A stretch of 61,958 nt of DNA from Candidatus Parvarchaeota archaeon (GTDB lineage Archaea > Nanobdellota > Nanobdellia > WJKC01). Below are positions 59,690 through 61,958 of this stretch, one piece after another. The translations under genes were made by a program, and so were the position numbers. Under the pieces are notes generated by a model, which saw only the letters and a program-made list of their open reading frames with translations, did no database searches and was not told the origin of the DNA. Within the stretch, counting starts at the first letter, position 1, and the number at the start of each line of letters is the position of its first letter. The stretch spans positions 1 through 61,958 of the forward strand of contig JAFCFT010000004.1 in assembly GCA_017608505.1 (NCBI GenBank). Direction: 5' to 3'.

Positions 59690-61228
59690 ATGAATAAAAA
59701 ATTGCGTAAAGCATTCATTGAAAGTTTATATGAAACTTTAGATAAAGTTATATCCCCTACGCCATACCTCTTGTTAATTGAAGGAGATAACTTTGATATA
59801 AAATTTCTAAATGGGAAAAGTATTTTGCCAAAAGAGAAATCTACTGAAATTACAATTTTGGACTTGATTACTGCTTCTCTATTCTTTGATGATTTCCATT
59901 TATTGTTTGAGGGAATGACTGGCGTTGGCAAAACATACACAGCAGAAGCGGTTTTTAATGCCATTTTCGGAAATGACTATTACACCATTAGACTAAGCGG
60001 AGGTATTATTGGGAACTCTGCAATTCACCCTTTTACTACAACAGAATTAATCAACGGCTTGCCTGTGACACGCGTAGATCAGGAAAAATGCTCAAAATAT
60101 GGCGGATTATTTATTGACGAGATTAATAGAGGAGATCCACAAGAAGTTTTCCAGGTAATCGATGGGGTCATTAATATTAATGGTGAAAAAGGGTATCTAA
60201 GAATTCCTATTCCAGGCACAAACAGATACAAGAAACTTACGATAGTGGCAGCAATGAATCCACCTGATGCCTACCATAATGCAGCCATAGAATTAGACAT
60301 TGCTGGTGAAAACAGATTTATTAAACTTAAATTTCCAAACGGCGTAATCGAAGCCCCATCATCTCAATTAAATAAACACTTGCCAGAAGATTTGCATGAA
60401 AATTTTTGGACTAAATTTAAAAATAAAACAAAACTAGAAGGCGTATGGAGAGACACATACCCTATTATTACAGATCCAGAACATCTAAAATATCTTGTTT
60501 TGGATGACACATGCAAAGAATTTATTGATGTTTCACTTGGTTACATAGCTGTAAACCCAAAAGAAACATATGAAAGAAACAATGAAATAATAAAAAATTG
60601 CGGACTTAATCTATCTTTTTCTGTGCCAGAAGGCAATGAACTTGAAAAGATTTTAGAGCTACAAAGCAACCTTAAATATGACTTAGTCAGAAGGGACCTC
60701 AAAAAAATATACAACCTATCAAAAATAATCAGTTTTATCAAATCCGTTAAAAACAATACTTATGATCCGCACATTTCATTAAACGATGTGGCAGCAAGCA
60801 TAGGGATAACTCTTAAAAGTAAAACTATGGAAAATGACGGCATCATGGCGCTAGTAAGAGAAGCAAAAAATACCTACGAAACATTAAGAAAAAATCTTAA
60901 CACTCCTGAACCATACGGCATTAGAAACGCAATCTTCAGCGCTGCAGTATATAGAGGTATTGATAACGGCTTCGACGAGTACATTGAGACTATAGATTAT
61001 AACATTAAAAATCTCAGCAAAAGTGCTAGCAACATATCTGATGCAGTCATCAAATCTCGTCTTATTGCAGACCTTTGCATTTTAAAAGCATTTAGCAACA
61101 ACTACAAAACAAAGCTAGAAAAAGCCCTCACGCGTAAAGATCCTTTCAAAAGTTTTGCCAACTTGTATAAAAAAGAAAAAAACAAAGCAAGCATATACAC
61201 TAGACTAGAATTCTTATTTGAAGGGTGA
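59690..61228 (+). CDS. MoxR-like AAA+ ATPase
   Basis: GMTGVGKT, LFIDEINR, AAMNP, NRF. Confidence 0.85.
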   Translation: MNKKLRKAFIESLYETLDKVISPTPYLLLIEGDNFDIKFLNGKSILPKEKSTEITILDLITASLFFDDFHLLFEGMTGVGKTYTAEAVFNAIFGNDYYTIRLSGGIIGNSAIHPFTTTELINGLPVTRVDQEKCSKYGGLFIDEINRGDPQEVFQVIDGVININGEKGYLRIPIPGTNRYKKLTIVAAMNPPDAYHNAAIELDIAGENRFIKLKFPNGVIEAPSSQLNKHLPEDLHENFWTKFKNKTKLEGVWRDTYPIITDPEHLKYLVLDDTCKEFIDVSLGYIAVNPKETYERNNEIIKNCGLNLSFSVPEGNELEKILELQSNLKYDLVRRDLKKIYNLSKIISFIKSVKNNTYDPHISLNDVAASIGITLKSKTMENDGIMALVREAKNTYETLRKNLNTPEPYGIRNAIFSAAVYRGIDNGFDEYIETIDYNIKNLSKSASNISDAVIKSRLIADLCILKAFSNNYKTKLEKALTRKDPFKSFANLYKKEKNKASIYTRLEFLFEG

Positions 61229-61233
61229 TTTTT

Positions 61234-61958
61234 TTGAAGCCCGTGCCTAGAGAGTTAGTGGAGCATTTGATACCTAAGAACTCAGATACAGGATTAAAGC
61301 CTAGAAAAGTGGATGAAGAAGCAAACATGGGTGGCGGGCTTGTCTACGCTGCAAAAGAAGAAGTCTACTTGTATGTGGAAGACGGAGAAGACATTCAATT
61401 AGCCAAGAGGGATGATTCGGTATACGCTTTGTGCTCGCATAATGGGAAACTATACGACGGAGGAAGTTATGATAAAGTGTATGAGACACTAGAGAATAAA
61501 GTAGTAGCCAAGAGGAGTAGTTGGGTAGAGGCTTTGTGCTCGCATAATGGGAAACTATACGACGGAGGAGGTTATGATAAAGTGTATGAGACACTAGAGA
61601 ATAAAATAGTTGCTGAGAGGAGTGGTTCGGTATGCGCTTTATGCTCGCATAATGGGAAACTATACGACGGAGGAAGTAATGATAAAGTGTATGAGACACT
61701 AGAGAATAAAGCAGTGGCTGAGAGGAGTGGTTGGGTACGGGCTTTGTGCTCGCATAATGGGAAACTATACGACGGAGGAAGTTATGATAAAGTGTATGAG
61801 ACACTAGAGAATAAAATAGTTGCTGAGAGGAGTGGTTGGGTACGGGCTTTGTGCTCGCATAATGGGAAATTATACGACGGAGGATTTTATAATAAAGTGT
61901 ATGAGACACTAGAGAATAAAGCAGTGGCTGAGAGGGGTGATTCGGTATACGCTTTATG
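61234..61958 (+). CDS. WD40-like beta-propeller repeat protein, 3'-partial (not in ORF track)
   Basis: GGGTGA SD, TTG start, open to the window end; 35-aa repeats. Confidence 0.8.
   Translation, partial: MKPVPRELVEHLIPKNSDTGLKPRKVDEEANMGGGLVYAAKEEVYLYVEDGEDIQLAKRDDSVYALCSHNGKLYDGGSYDKVYETLENKVVAKRSSWVEALCSHNGKLYDGGGYDKVYETLENKIVAERSGSVCALCSHNGKLYDGGSNDKVYETLENKAVAERSGWVRALCSHNGKLYDGGSYDKVYETLENKIVAERSGWVRALCSHNGKLYDGGFYNKVYETLENKAVAERGDSVYAL
61402..61958 (+). repeat. 105-bp coding tandem repeat, more than 5 copies
   Basis: gcttt(g/a)tg unit at 61426, 61531, 61636, 61741, 61846, 61951. Confidence 0.95.

Noticed and set aside
61301-61909. 202-aa minus-strand ORF
   Set aside because: Antisense shadow of the plus-strand repeat gene, which has an SD and a propeller-like sequence
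61402-61958. CRISPR array
   Set aside because: Contiguous 105-bp in-frame units with no unique spacers; no cas genes in the window

Overview
AT-rich archaeal chromosomal segment, most likely DPANN (Nanoarchaeota/Woesearchaeota-like, inferred from gene content and divergent rRNA). It carries housekeeping genes (uL15, secY, eL34, pelota, gatCAB plus gatDE, minD, ftsZ, ligase, class I lysS, TFE, Sua5, CarS, E1-SAMP, ACD, a glycogen cluster), RNase P RNA, four tRNAs and separately promoted 16S and 23S genes. The RNA genes are heavily interrupted by bulge-helix-bulge (BHB) introns: five in 16S (about 1490 nt after removal), two in 23S and three in two tRNA-Arg genes. Main observations: (1) a tRNA-Arg(CCU) intron holds a box C/D RNA whose guide matches only the spliced junction of 16S intron 5, and the N+5 rule points at the splice-site G; (2) two 16S introns encode related HTH plus PD-(D/E)xK-like proteins rather than LAGLIDADG enzymes; (3) all five ORF-bearing introns have a TATA-like box 30-32 nt before the start codon, and four have a degenerate copy of their insertion site there; (4) circularisation of intron 5 would make a stop-free ORF. 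Also seen: a candidate replication origin, a circularly permuted HAD protein, several repeat proteins and small hairpin insertions flanked by direct repeats. All calls are from manual reading; no searches were run and E. coli numbering is approximate.
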